Assembly: GCA_976551045.1 (NCBI GenBank)
Contig: CDPCPM010000073.1
Location: 24,180,001 to 24,244,000 of the forward strand
Length of the DNA stretch: 64,000 nt
Source: Glaucostegus cemiculus
Lineage: Eukaryota
Direction: 5' to 3'
A program made the translations under genes and the position numbers. Below the pieces are notes generated by a model that was not told where the DNA came from, did not search any database, and worked only from the letters and a program-made list of their open reading frames with translations. Position 1 is the first letter of the stretch. Every line of letters starts with the position of its first letter. This document shows positions 1-14,190 of this stretch, piece after piece.

Positions 1-179
1 AGAACACATAAAAGGGTGAGTAATACTAAAGGTGAGTGTAAATCATCTTGCGATAGAGGAGATTTTGCAGCGTAAACTGATGTATTGGAGTTGATGCACA
101 CCTAGCGTAAAGGTGATATTTTCAACATTTCTAACCTGCCTAGGTCTGTAAAGCCATAAGATATTTTAGTTCACTTTAA

Positions 180-780
180 AGGAATAGGCATTGCTAGTAA
201 GGCCGGGATTAATTATCTTACTCCAGCTGCCATTGAAAAGGTGAGCCACATTCTTGAACTCATCCACTACATCTAATGAAGGTACTCTCATGGTATTCCA
301 TCACATTCCTGATGCATCTTATAGATAGTGGGAAGGATATGGGGAATCAGGGAATGAGTCAATCAGCCATCCTTTTCATAGTCTACTAGTCACAATGTTT
401 ATACAAAATTTTAGTCAATAGTAACCCCGGAATGTTGATGGTGAGGGACTCAGTAATGGTAATTCCATTGAATGTAAATGGTTGGACTCTCCCTTGGTGG
501 ATTTGGTCATTGCCTGGCATTTTTGCAGAAGAAATGATTCTGCTGCTGACCTCCTTGGTCAGCTTCAGCTGCCCTTTCTCAGTGATAGCATTTGATTCTG
601 TTCTGTCATTGCTGGGGTAGAGTAAGTCTTTCTCTAGCTCCTCATTTTCTCCAGAAATATATGAAGGAAATGTCATTAAACTGAGATTCAATATTTTGCA
701 TTCCACTCCACTAAGCTGTTTCTGTGCCAAACCTCCCAAGCCCATCCAGGTCCATCTTTGAATGGTCCCAGTAATGCTGG
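180..780 (-). mobile_element. Old LINE fragment (CR1/L2 group), RT C-terminal region and 3' part
   Basis: Minus-strand peptide QPFTFNGITITESLTINIPG matches the +strand copy at ~48920 (LPLTFNGTPITKFPTVNILRITIHQKLN). Heavily decayed. Confidence 0.55.
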
Positions 781-827
781 AGTTAATATCACATCATGCC
801 AGTCTACCCCACATCTGTTGCTTTACC

Positions 828-1080
828 AAAATCAAAATCAAAGTCAAGTTTACAGGTGCAAGGAGAAACTTACTTACTTCAACATCACAGACACATAACA
901 TCATATAAGCGGCATTCACAAGAAAAACATAAATTAAACATATACACAATTTTTACAAAAAAGAACACAATTAGATCAAAAATTGTCCATTTTAGTGCAA
1001 AGTAGTCATAGTGTTGCTGAACTGTAGTGAATAGGCTTTTACCAGTTGGTTCGAGAACAAAATGGTTGAAGGGAAGTAGC
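828..1080 (-). mobile_element. Rex1/Babar-type LINE 3' end (family B)
   Basis: Same sequence family as 31938-32303 and 48478-48785. Ends in a short repeat tail (aaaatcaaaatcaaagtcaag) and includes aatggttgaagggaagtagc from the RT C-terminus. Confidence 0.7.
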
Positions 1081-1094
1081 CACTGAGATCATTT

Positions 1095-1627
1095 ATTGTG
1101 AGCAGTTCTGGGCACTAATCTAAAGAAGGATGTGCTGGCATTGGAGAGGGTCCAGAGGAGGTTTACGAGAATGAAAGGGTTAAAGTATAAGTTCACTTGG
1201 TGGCTCTAGGCCTGTACTTGCTGAAGCTCAGAAGGATGAGGGGGAATCTCGTTGAAAGCTACCAAATATTGAAAGGCCTGAATAGAGTGAACATGGAGAG
1301 GATGTTTCCAGTAGTGGAAAAGTCTGGGACCAGAGGGCACAACTTCAGAATAAAAGGATGTCCCTTGAGATCAGAGATGAGGAGGAATTTCTTTAGCCAG
1401 AGGGTAGTGAATCTGGAAGTCATTGCCACAGATGGCTGTGGAGGCCAAGTCATTGGGTGTAATTAAAGTGGAGGTTGATAGGTTCTTGATTAGTAAGGGT
1501 GTCAAATGTTATAGGGAGAAGTCAGGAGAATGGGGTTCAGAGGGAAAAATAAATCAGCCATGATCAAATGGTGGAGCAGACTCAATGGGCTGAATGGCCT
1601 AATTCTGCTCCTATGTCTTATGATCTA
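1095..1627 (+). mobile_element. CR1 (HER1-like) LINE, 5'-truncated 3' end
   Basis: Peptide LRRMRGNLVESYQILKGLNRV...RGHNFRIKG...EMRRNFFSQRVVNL is a typical CR1 ORF2 C-terminus. 3' UTR gggctgaatggcctaattctgctcctatgtcttatg. Confidence 0.9.
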
Positions 1628-3449
1628 AACCTGATAATTCTGTAGACAAAGATACTTCCAGCTTTTGTACTGGATCGCCCTGCTCTCAACACGTATCTGA
1701 GGTTAATATCTGATCTGTTGAGTCCATGATTTCTCCCATTATTAAGAATAATTTAGTAGCTTCTCAATCCCTCTCCAGTTACTGTTTGAGAAATAAACTG
1801 AAGGCATACAAACAGTAACCTTTAGAAGGTCCTCATTCTCATATTTTCCTCTGATTTCAGATGATTAGAACCTTTCTTAGATATCAGCATGCTACTTCTT
1901 GTTGCTCATTTTATTTCTTTAGCCGTCAGTTTCAATGTCAATTTCTGTATTATTTTCTCCCTCTTATTCTACAAGTTTATATCAGTTCCTAATAGTTAGC
2001 TTTTGTTTCATTGCACCAAACAGTTTCACCAAACCTGACTCAGAGCTGATAACAATTTAGCTTGGAGCTGGTTTCAAGCGTGGCTTTGTACCTTGTTTCC
2101 TTTTTCATCTCTCTGCTGATTAAACTACCCTGATGATAGGGTGGGCTGTTCTGCCAGCAGAAAGGTGAATACAATGGGTAACGGGAATGCTTGTGACTGG
2201 GAGCAATCAAGCTGTTTCCACTGCTGGTGATTTGCTTTCATGTAGTGTGAGTTGAATTAAATTATACACATCAGTCCAGTTATGAAGCAAATTTTCAATT
2301 CCCATTTGTGTCAATAAATCAGGTTTGACATACCTCTTTTGATCAGTTATGAATCTTGCTGCATCAGGAATTCTACTCACCTCCAATACTACCAACCTAT
2401 TACTATTATGAACCCAAATAAGTGTTTGAAAATTCATTATTCTTATTTAAAGCAGGCTTCTGTTCAACCATTATTACACAGTTTTCTATTCCATGAGGAA
2501 CATGTAATCTTTCCAAATTTAAATTCATTTAAACAGCAATATTATTGTTCTTATCAATTACTTGTTCAATCTTACATACATTCCTCTCTTGTAAATTCAT
2601 TTAAATTTTTTGACTTAATTAACAATAACTAATTGCTCAGTTTCACTTATTTTGCAGTGTTCCTGGTAATTATTGTTGAAATCAACAGCAATTAAAGCCT
2701 TAAAAACCAAAACCATTTATTTTGCACACTTTATCTGATTTTGTATGTAATGCTCTTCCTGAATAATTTCTGTTTCACCTAGAACTGTTTCACCTTCTAC
2801 TTTGTAGTCAATTATCTTGTTTTGTGTCACCAAATAACACTGCAAGCAACTCAGGAACCTTTAATCCTATCTGCAGGGAAAAATAAAAGTAGGATAATCA
2901 GAACATGCAAGAAAGCCGTTTTGTTTCCTCCATGAAGAAAAAGCTTCTGATAAATTTTAACTTGAAAAGTATATGTTAAAATGAATCCTAGAAGGTTAAA
3001 CCATTTAAAATGGCAGCCAGCTCAGAGGCAAGAAAGGAAAGTTCCATTGTCAAAGTTACTGGGTAAGGTGGTGGGGGGAGCAGATGGGGCATTTGAAGGG
3101 GATAAGCTCAGGAAAGGCATGGGAAGGGGGGAGATGGGAAGGGAACTCCATGAAGATTAGAAAGCTAGGACAGGGGTAAACAAGGAGCAAGGTTTGAGCT
3201 GATTAGGGGGGAGAAAAGAAAGGTCACTGAACTAATAGTCTAACTTGAAGTGACATAGAATCATTGAGTTTCCCACAAAGGTCGTCTGTGCTGAGGGTGC
3301 GTGAGTAAATTATAAAGGGATTTTAGGAGATGAATGGCATTGGAGAGATGAACCTAGGGGCTATTGTATCTCTCAGAATCAGTCTGAAGTTATGGAAGGC
3401 TTTAGCAAATGATGTTATGTTATATTCCTCACAGTTATTGATGTAAAAA

Positions 3450-3960
3450 TAAGGATTGCATCAGGGGGTCATGATCAGGAGCTGAAAGAATAAAAACATC
3501 ACCAGAGACAAGGGCACCAGAAGAAACCCAAAAAGGGAAGATTTGACACTGAACCTAACAAAAGGGAAAAAACAGATTAATTAAAAGTGAAAGATGTGGA
3601 GCACTAGGGCAACAGTGACCATAATACAAGCTTTCATATAAGAATTAAGGTAGGCATAACCTTCACAAGACAAGCCAATTGAAGAAAAGATGGGTTTAAG
3701 GGGATCAGAAAAAAATGGTTAGGGAAATTAAGTAGATAAGTCATATCAGCAATGGTGAGCAAATAGATTTGGGGATATGCAAGATGCCACAACTGGAAAA
3801 CTTCAGATTTTTTTGTAAGTTTATAGGCCTGGTAAAAACTCAGAGATAAGCAGGAGATGGCCCTATAGATGGATTTGAAAAAAAAGATAATAATTTTAAA
3901 AACTGAAGACATTCTTTAACCAGGAGCAAGTGTGGGTTAGTGGGCACAGGTAAGGGGGAC
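3450..3960 (-). mobile_element. L2-like LINE fragment, old
   Basis: gatttgaaaaaaaagataataattttaaa...ccaggagcaagtgtgggttagtgggcacagg resembles the reverse complement of the L2 relic at 54780-55365. Confidence 0.45.
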
Positions 3961-6900
3961 TCAATCTGAATTGGGTCTAAACACAAATGAAACAGGAAGG
4001 TGAACATGACATAGACTAAAGCGAAAAGAGGTATAACTGGACTTCATCAGTAATTGCAATCTCCATCACCGAAAAGGAAGAACGCAGCAGGTGCACAGGA
4101 ACAACATCATCTCAATTAATCTCCAAGTCACATGCTAATTTGAACATCTATTAGAATTCCTTTTATTGGTTCAACTCATGGAGATCTTCACCAAAGAATT
4201 TTCTGAGATTACAATCATCAATGTGTTACAGTGGTTTAAGAAGAAAGTCTACCACTAACCTTACAAAGCAACCAAATATAAAGAATATATGTTAGCCTTA
4301 TCAGTGGCAATCTTATCCCTAGAATGAATAAGCAAAAGAAATTTACACACAGCAGACCATATCCTACTGGAAAAACACACATCAAATTTCATATTGTGTT
4401 GGATATTTTCCTTCGCATTTCATCCCTTGCGTAACTTGCATTCCAACTTGCTGGAAATCCAAGCTGATAATGTGCAGCAGTTACCTGAGGGCATCTGGGA
4501 CACTGGCACATTATAGGTCTCACAATGTTTCTCATTAACCAATGAAAAGTAGGGATTGAAAAAAGAACCAGAAATGACACGGAGAGAGGTGTGTGGCTTC
4601 AAGTCAAATTGAGCATCCAAAGAGGAATAAAGATGGAGAAAGGGATTGAATAGCAGAAACAAGACAGGAAAAGTAAAAAAAAACTTGAAGGCCAAAATAT
4701 GACCTTTTTTATATCTTTAAGATGAATTTATTATGTGCAGGCATTAAACAAAATAGTTATAATTTTTCTTTCCGTGGACCAGAAAGATTGATTTGCACAG
4801 CATAACAATTATTCCACCATTAAAAGAGTACTTATACAATTAATTATGATTCCTAACATTCAGTGGTAAGTTTAATGGACAATTAATGTGCAAATCCAGC
4901 AAGTTATTAAGTAACTGAAAGGCTAAAGGTGAACTGCCATTTGTATGAAGCAAAAACTCACAGCCCATCCTTCATCTCCTGATCTTTCCAGCTGATTTTC
5001 TCTGATGTGTTTTGTTACACATAGTTACTTTTCTGGCAAGGTATGGCCCATTAAACTGATGGAGGGCATGTCTGCTGTTCATGGGTGAACAGGAATTCCA
5101 GAGGAAATGTGGAGGAAATGGTTGATTGCTGATTGTTGGATTGCTGGCTATGATGGATGAGGCTATCAAACAGTGAGAGGATAGACAACAAGAAACTTAA
5201 CCGAAAGAGATTCTAAAAGAGAATAATTCCAAATATCTATTGGGTTACTGTTGGAAATTATCCAGAAGACTTTATAGGATGGAGAGCTGTCAAAAGAAGA
5301 ATTAAGTCACAAGAACATGGGAAGGTGGTAATAGTTTTTGTTGCTAGTGATGAATATCAGCAAATCCAGAGTGCCAGTTTAGGGATGAGGAGCAGTGGGT
5401 GGGTAACCAAAGGACCAAGGGCTGAAAAATCCAGGTTGCTGAAGGAGGTTGGAAGCAAAATCTGTAGGATAACTGCAAATGAGGGAATATGTTGCAGGGA
5501 CATATATCAGAAGTGGTAGGTCACAAGACAACAGCCACAGGAATATGAAGGACTGATCTAACCCAATCCAGCAAACAGGGACGGAAACATTCTAAAGGAA
5601 CTCTAAATTCTAAAGAGGCCACAGGAAGCAACAAAGCAATAAGATATCAGAGTCCAAATCAGAATCAGAAGCAGCTCAACATTGAGTGAAAAATTGTCAG
5701 CCTAATGTATCAAACTGCTCTGTTACGTTGATTACCCACTTATTCCCTACATTTTTCAGTAATTACATATCCAATAATCTATCTGCACTTAAATTACAGA
5801 AAATTTAACTGTACAGCAGTAGACTAGTCAGCCCAGAGTGTCTTTATCAGTGTTTATGCTTCATACGAGCAACCTCCCAACTGATTTCTTCTCTCACAAT
5901 TAACTTATCAGCCATACTATGAAATTGCCATCAACGGCAAGCACTGATCAACATTATACATTCCTTCATAGTCAAGCATATTCCCTTTCAATTAATTTCA
6001 ATGCCTACTTCCAGAGAAGCATGCCTGGTAAATGAAGCTGGTGATTTCACTTTACTGCTCTGGATATTTAGCTAACGAAAAAATGGTGCATTTTCACAGC
6101 ACCAAGAATCCTCAACATGCTGCGCTGCGAATATAGTATAGACGTGAAATTTTCCTGCACTTCACCCTTTCAGTAATTTCTGAGCTGATTTTTGAAGATT
6201 TATTGATGTTTGAGAGAGGAGGATTAACAGATTAACAGAGGATTTCAACATTAAAGGAACCAATAACGGAAGTATTATCAGTAAATCAGAGAGATTAGCA
6301 GTGACTTTTAAAAGTTCAAGAAAATACACAATATAAATATATAATTCTAAGTTAATAAAGGAAATGGTAAAGGAGTTTGAATGAGATGAAGAACAATCAT
6401 ATATGGGTTGGATTTTCCATTTTCATCTCACTTAAAGGAACATAAAATCCATTCCTTATAGCCTTCAGCCATTCAATGGCCCAATTTGCATTTCTCTCTT
6501 CTGTTTGTACCTGGAATCCCCCTTGTCTGCCTCCTGCATGAAAATGAGAGCAATCATTTCAATTCCTTCACTTCCCAGGACAGTAGTGAAGGTCCTGTGA
6601 TCTCTTGATGAAGAGACTGTGCCTTGGAATGGCCTTGCCTTTTATTGCAGTGGCCCTGTGTAATTCTCAGTATCTCTCAGGACCTAGTGAGGCTGCTGAG
6701 TTCCTGATCTTTGGAGCTCTTTTGTTTTTCAAGTACCTGACAATTTCTTTTGATGCTGTGGTAGTAAATGAGACTGCCATTGATTCATTAACCAGCCTTA
6801 TGTTCTTGTAGGTGGGAACTGGTAGTTAACTCTATTATTCATAGGATTCCTGCATCAAACATGCCCTTCTTTTTCAAAGCAACATCCTGAATTAATGATT

Positions 6901-7639
6901 TAAGGTTAAAGAAAAGTCTACAGAGCAGCAGAGCTTCCATTGGCACTCCATTATGAATAGACTTGTAAAATGATTGTGAGATCACTGGATTGTCATAAAA
7001 TTCCAACTTGTTCACTAACATCCTTAAAAGTAGGAAATCAAGTCTGGCGTATCTGGGACTTCAGACTGATGGCAATGTTACTGACCCTCAGCTTCCCTTT
7101 GAAATAATCAATCAAGCTACTTCAAAGCCACTTAGAACTGAACTCTAAAGGCTTGCCACCCTAACATCCACGTTGTGTGAATGAATAAAAATGATCTTTG
7201 TTTCAAGTACTAATGGACAAGTAAGATGGAGACATGTAACCAATTACACTTTAACAAGTTTTAACCAATAGCAATGGGGACCTAGAGGAAAAGGTACTGC
7301 TATTCTTGTTGTCATCGGCAATGTACAGAAACAGATAGATGGTTTTGTCATCTAAGGCAGAGGCAGCTATGATCACCCTACTTTGGGTCAAGCAGCTGAA
7401 TGCATTAACCTATTGCTATGAGAGAAGTTATTTTGCTTGTAGTCTAATAAGTATGGAGTGGCACAGATGAAACAGAGGCAAGGTCTTGTGTGCCAATCCA
7501 TTCATATCCGCTAGCTTAATGGCACAGGGGATGAAATTGACTGTGGGCAACAGCACTAAATTAAGCCGAGTGTAAACTTAGTGTTTGATTCGGTATTGTC
7601 CATGTAGGGCTGCTACACACCACAAATTTCATTCCAGGG

Positions 7640-7840
7640 AATTCCAGGAAAAATGGAGCATAGCCTTAAAGATAGAACTTCACTCTGTAGGGCTGACATC
7701 AGAAAACACTTCTTCGCACAAAGTGTAGTAAAAATATGGTTAAAGCCTCAGTCAATGAAGATTTCAAAAATTGAATTAAATTTTTGTTTGGCTAGGCTAT
7801 TAAGGATTATAGAAATTGCTACATTTATCTGCTATGATCT
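7640..7840 (+). mobile_element. CR1 3' fragment, old
   Basis: HSLKDR...IRKHFFAQSVVKIW resembles the CR1 motif RRHFFSQRVVNLW. Confidence 0.6.
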
Positions 7841-8397
7841 AGTCAGAGCCAAACCCAACATGACTTGTCTCTCCACTCTTATGGGAATCCCTTCCGGGTT
7901 GAGCTAAAGAAATGTTCTGGATGCAATCATCAACTAATATTCTCTCCCGGAATGAAGTGATTCAATTTCCCATGCAAAATTCCAGCAAACTGAGGTTGAA
8001 ACGCAGTTTAATGCTTCCAGTGGTTTTTCCACTTTTGAGTCAATGGAAATGAAGGGTCTACTTGAGCCTTGCCATATTCAGCATGACACCTACAAATGTA
8101 TTGCTGTTACTGAACTTTAATTCTTGGGTCATCATGTTAGATTTGACTGACTTGTTTGAAAACTGCCAGTTTGTTTTTTGTTGTTATTAGGAGCACACTG
8201 AAGCATATGAATGGGCACTAGGAAATCTGCTGTGGTCTACAGCATGGTCATTAAATGAACAGATCATACGTCCACTCTACAGAACAGTGTAAAGTCACAT
8301 TCCACCTGTAATTTTACCTCTGCATTTCCTTTTGTTCCACTTGTTCTCTTTATTAAGTTAGATAGTTTATTGACATCTACAAAATATCACAGATAAC

Positions 8398-8520
8398 AGG
8401 AAAGAGACTGCAGATGCTGGAATCCAGTACAACAAACAATCTGCCATAGAAACTCATCGGGTCGAGCAGCATGTGTGGGAGGAAAGGAATTGTTGACATT
8501 TCAGGTCAAAACCCTGCATA
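8398..8520 (-). mobile_element. Penelope-associated terminal repeat fragment
   Basis: ctgcagatgctggaatc...gcagcatgtgtgggagg...gttgacatttcaggtcaaaaccctgcat. Same family as the copies at ~47010, 53680, 56341 and 57286. Confidence 0.65.
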
Positions 8521-8672
8521 ATAACATAGATAAAAGTAATTTCACAAAGATATTTGGGCTGTTTACACTGTATGACCAGAGGTAACTAGGGCTATTTCCA
8601 TTCTGATTTGGACAAATGTACAACAGAAATGTTATGTGCATAAGCAGGACTTCAGCCTCTCAATTAGTAAGC

Positions 8673-8785
8673 TCTGCCACTCCTCCAGTGAAATGCCACC
8701 ACTTTTCTTGTGAAATTCCACCACAATGCCAGTGAAATTCCGCAGCATTTCCAACAAAATTCCACCACACTACGAGTGAAATTCT
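8673..8785 (+). repeat. Degenerate 22-bp minisatellite, about 5 units
   Basis: Units gccaccacttttcttgtgaaat / tccaccacaatgccagtgaaat / tccgcagcatttccaacaaaat / tccaccacactacgagtgaaat. Confidence 0.7.
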
Positions 8786-11700
8786 ATTTAACAAAGCCGA
8801 GGTAATTCCAATCTAATTCAAGGCCAATATTTGTAAATATCTTCACTTGAAATAATGTTTGATTCCTTGTTATTTTGGAGCACGTCAGATGTTACAAAGT
8901 CTGAATCCAAGGTGCCACCTTCTGGATATCTGTTGGAGTGCAGGAGATGGTTCTCAGTTGAATATCATCATTTGCAATGAATGAAATATTTTCTCTGCAA
9001 TTGGAATTGACACATTGGTCTTGAATTTTGAGAACAATATTATAATGGCATACAAACAGAGTAAAGAGACAAGCCAATGGCCATTTAGGCTGTTGCCTCA
9101 CCATTGAAGGACTGATCACAGTCGAGGTCTCGGAATTGTGGCATGGCCCAAAAGTCACTGCATATTTTCAGTCAAAATGTGCTGCCTGCTGACTGCCATG
9201 GATTGCTAGAGTTCCTGAAATCATTTGGGGGATGGGATCATTGGCATTTCGGCAAATGCAGTGGCAGGGGCTGCTGGGTGTTGTGGATCGGAGTTCCAGT
9301 TAAGTGGGGCAACATTTTGTAATGATTGCAGCCCTGGGATTAATAGGGGAGGGAGGGAGTCTGGTTAAATGATTGGGGGTCAAGGACTGGCGATCATAGA
9401 TTGGTAATTGAAAGAAGAGATGATTGGGAGTCAGGCGGGGAATGGGTGTCTTAAGAGATGAAGGCAAACATCAAGGGGCAGGGGCTGTGACTTAATTTCC
9501 CAGGTAATGTTCCAACAAAATGATGTTGACGAATTGCACAAGGGTGAAACGTTAGTGGATATGCCCAATCAAATTTCTAATACAGCATTCATTTAATACA
9601 GCATTCATTAATATTGCAGCTGCCAATATTGTCACTTACCATTCCATATGAGATCCCATTGAGCCGATGGGATCCAATGTCCAGGCCATCATTCTGCTGG
9701 GATCCCATAGTGTAGTTGCAAATAAATTGCAATAAATGTTTCTATTTCCTATTTAAATTTTGCTTTGAATGTTTTGCTGCTAAATGTGTTAAATGGAACA
9801 ACTAAGGTGATAATAGATGAATATTGAAGGGGTAAGTGGGAAATCAAATATGGTGATACCTTGGAAGTGATCAAACCATGCCACTCTCATTGCTCATTGC
9901 CACTACCACCCAATGGGGCTCAACATTCCCACTGATCTGCAGGAGATTAGAACTATAAATTAATGTGATGCCTTCAAACCTCCTCTCAAAGTGTTTCATC
10001 AGTCTTCCCCCAAAAAAATGAAGGGTGTAAATTTCAGTTTTGTACGTCCACATTGGGACCAATGATAAAGGAAAGAAGAGATCCTGCTAAAGGAACAAAA
10101 GCAGTTAGAAACATTACAGCCTGTTGTGTTACTGTTCACTAAGGCAAGTGACAAGAAGGAATCCAGGGTTTAGTATTCTACCAAGGTTACAGAGCACAAG
10201 AAAACGGAATCTTCTCATGTATCGGACTATAGCTGGAAAGAGTTTCTTGTTCTGTGCTATTTGCTTTCTGGGTAGTCCTTTATCCTCTGCAGTTTCCTCC
10301 AATATTTCTCCTTTCACACAGACATCCTAAATATAATGGAATGCTCTCAGCCAATACCATACTCACAATTTTTTCTGGGGAAGGGTACCTCCCCTTAAGA
10401 AGCAGATTACACCCATTTATTCTCTCCAAAGCAGAGTCTATTACTTTAATACTGGAAAAATATGTGCACTAAAACACACTAAGAACTGAACAGATAGAAA
10501 ATGTAATAATTCTTCACCATTCAATCGCATAATTTCTCACCTCATTTAAATTCAAATCCAGGGCCATTGTTTTTCTACTTTCATTTTGCTTGAATGGTTC
10601 ATTTACCAGTCAAAATGTATATTACAGATGAAGGAACAAGACTGACTGGATGAAGTGATTAAAGGCAGAAGATCATGTGATGAAATAGATCCAAAGAGAG
10701 CTGTTCACACCAGGCACTATCATGTTTGGTTCAACTGTAAAGCCTGGGCCTATTTATTTTGATCCAGCAGAACTTGATGTAACAGGAGACTGATAGGAAA
10801 TGTGGCCAATGACGTTACCCTGTCATCTGCACAGTACTGTGTGGGGTCCATCGAGGAGGCGCCAGACAAGTCATCAGGCTGATGTGCAGGCAGAAATTCA
10901 TACTTCACTCAGTCAGTCAAGCAGCTTGCAGGACAACCAAGTTTTATGATCTTTATTGCAGCAAGTATATACCTTAAAAGTGTTTACATGTTCCAGAAGG
11001 CACAAGTGTGAAATTAAGGAATCCATGTATTTTTATGCTTTATGTTTAACACTCGTAAATATTAAAGGCAATTGAGAACATAAGGTTACAGATAATATTT
11101 AACCATGGATGCACTTTATGTGCGAAAAGCCAAATATATATATCAGAATGAAAATAACAAGACACAGAAGTTGCATTAGATATTGACATTACTTAGTGGT
11201 AGGATTCACATTTCCTTCAGATTCGAAATCTCCTGACTATATAAACAGAAGTTAACTCAGTGATTGATTTTGACTTTGAACTAAAAATCAGACTAAAATT
11301 TCCATCTTTATTAAATGGGCAGTGATCTGGTAATGTGGATCAGCCCCCAGTCATACAACAAGCACAGTTTCCAGTCCATTAAGTCTATATCTTCCAAAGT
11401 TACCATCTAGCCCTGGGAGATAAAAATCTACCTACAGACATGTTCTCAGAAAATTCCTTTTTTTCTTCCCCTTTAATAAGATAGGCTTTAATGACTATCA
11501 TCAATCCAGGGGAGAATAACTTAAAGGTCTCCTCACGTCATTGGTTGTTACTCTTAGTAGTAACTGTCACATTCAATTAAGGTACAAAGAATTATGGAGA
11601 AAATTGATCTGAAATTTACAAGTTCAGAGGTAGCATTATCAGCTTTTAATGTGTTCAGCAATGAAACTTCGGTGAACATAACTTTTGCCTTCTATTAGAA

Positions 11701-13759
11701 GGGCATTGTTCTACGTTCAGATACAAGTGTATTAAGAGTGCACCAGGACAATGTGAACCAGTCTCCCTTCAGATCCTCAGACTAGGACAAATTGTTGACC
11801 ACCTCTTGTTAAGTTTGAAATGAAGTGTTTGGTAATAAAACTGAACAAGAGTCAATGGTGGAAGTATAAATGTAGCTAGGCTCCACGTTTACTAGTTCCA
11901 GGATAAGATTTTTGCAAGGGAAAAGAAATTCACAATTTGCAAAAAAAAACAGCAAGCTCCATTAAGTGAAGCCTATTGTACCAAGTTCCACTCAAATCCA
12001 GTCAGCCTGAGTATATATGTTAAATGCACTTTTGCCTTCGCATAAACAAAACGCCATATTTTCCAACAAGGCAGAAGCCTTTCAAAAGATTGGTAAACAT
12101 TACAATGCAAACTCTATTTGCCCTTAAAAGAAAAAAATGTCAAATTGTGAAAAGATTATATCGTCCAATTACTCAGCATCTTTAGGACAATTCACACTGT
12201 AATCCGTAATTAGAATTTTAGAACACTTAGTAAAAACATCACTAAGGCAGTAGGATTAATCTGTGTGTAACTGATTGAACTGAACAAGGCCAATGAAACT
12301 GTTCCAGACCTGACCAATACTCATGGCAAGGACTTATTTCCATTCCATTGGCCAATTATTTGAGCAAACAGAGCAGCACACCAGTCATACTGACAATCCT
12401 CATTATCCACTGCAAAAGAGAAACAATGAAGACAGTAAATTATGCATGTTGCAATATAACCCAGTTATGATGTAAACATTTCAGTAATATTATACTTATA
12501 AACTTTAGAATAAAACTACTAATCAATATAAGTTTTGATAATAATAATAACAATAAGAAGAAGAATTATTCTCTTCATTTCTCAATGTTTGACATCATAT
12601 TAAAATTTGCCAATATATAAGCAAGACCTTTTAGTATTTTGTAAGTGAGGTTAAAGTAAGGATTTAGCCTAATTGCTTTTTACAGATTTATCTAATTATT
12701 TTTATTTTATACTCTTTCCCTACCAAATCTTCTGAGCAATTTTGTTTTGTATCCATATTGTCCAATGGCATTTCTGTTTCATGCAGGCACTTCATCTCCT
12801 TCCCATACAGAAGAAAGAAGCAAACACAGAAGGCAGACTTGCAGTGAGAATCTATCTATTGGGCTGGATTAACCTAACAAGTAGGACAGATAAACCAAAT
12901 AAAAGAAAGGGAGATGTGACCAAGTAGGTGGAATAATTGAAGAGAAAATAGATAGAAAAAGAATAGAAATGGATTACATCTTAAATGGTCTTTGCCAGCA
13001 ATGGGGAAATTATCAACCTACTGCAGGCTTGTTTCTTGCAGAGTAATATTTTAACATAGTCTGAAAACAACTTGCTATACCTAAATGCTTATTGGACTCC
13101 CACAGGAGTAGTTTTTAATGTGAGCCAGGAGCTAATTAAATGTTTAACTTGCAATTCAGTGGGGGAATTATTATATTTTTTAAAAGTTCTTTAAAATTAT
13201 TTCCACCTTTCACTCCAAATGCAGATACTGTAAATGTTGTGGTGACAGCATCATTATTTTTTTCATAAGTAAATCAAACACTGTGTTAACAGGCTACTAA
13301 ATCACTAGCACTCATTTTGCACTTTCAACTGAACCTTGTTTTACCTACCAATATTTCTTTCCCCATTTTGTCTCTCCTATTAGCCTTCCTCAAGCATACC
13401 TTTAGCCTACTGTGCAAATGAAGTGTGGAACCTGTTCTAGAGCAGCTAATCATTGTTGTCCATACATGACCTTCGCTCAGCACTTCTCCGCAATAGTGTG
13501 ACTGAGACCAGGGGCTCAAAAGAATCAAATCTCTTTCTCACTAATCCAAAGCAGAGTGCATTGGAGTTTCATCAAGAGTATTAATTTTGAGGAAATGTAT
13601 CTGATAAATCTTTTTTTCCAAACTTGATGGGTTGATAACAACATTTAATTCATTAATTTTAATGGACAGAACATCAGGTGATCTATTTAATAGGCATGCG
13701 ATCCTCTCTGCTTAATTTTCCTCAGCATACTGCTACCAACAATCCAATGCATTGAAATA

Positions 13760-14190
13760 TATAAGATCATAAGAAAATAAGAGCACTTGAAATGAGAGAA
13801 AGTGAAGACCATACAGCACTCAAACCTCCTCTGTCATTCAAAAAGGTCAAGTCTGATTTGACCATTGGCCTCAACTCCAATTTCCTACTGAGGCTCCATA
13901 ACCCTTGATTCTCTAATAATCCAACGATCTACCTCAGGCTTAAGTGTACTTAAAGACTCAACCTCAACAACTTTCTGGGATAAACACCAAAGATTCAGAA
14001 CCCTCTGGGAGAAAAGTTCTTCCTTTTCTCTCTTTGTGGCCCATCCATATCCTGAGTTCTTCACCAGTGGGATCAACCTCACAGTATCTACCATGTCAAG
14101 CCCCCTCAGAATCTCATATGTTTCAGAGAGGTCACCTCATCTTCTAAACTACAGAGTAGAGTCCTGTTTTGTTCAATCTTTCTGCAGAGG
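13760..14190 (-). mobile_element. CR1 3' fragment
   Basis: Minus peptide LFSQRVLNLW...VEVESLSTLKPEVDR, followed by a CR1-type 3' UTR. Confidence 0.75.

Noticed and set aside
2125-2170. CTGATGA...GAAA as a hammerhead ribozyme
   Set aside because: No proper stem II or stem I/III pairing. CTGATGA lies within a competing accct/agggt hairpin.
9578-9710. 16-bp tandem duplication and gatcccat/atgggatc hairpin
   Set aside because: Short local features with no TSD or MITE structure, compatible with slippage or chance.
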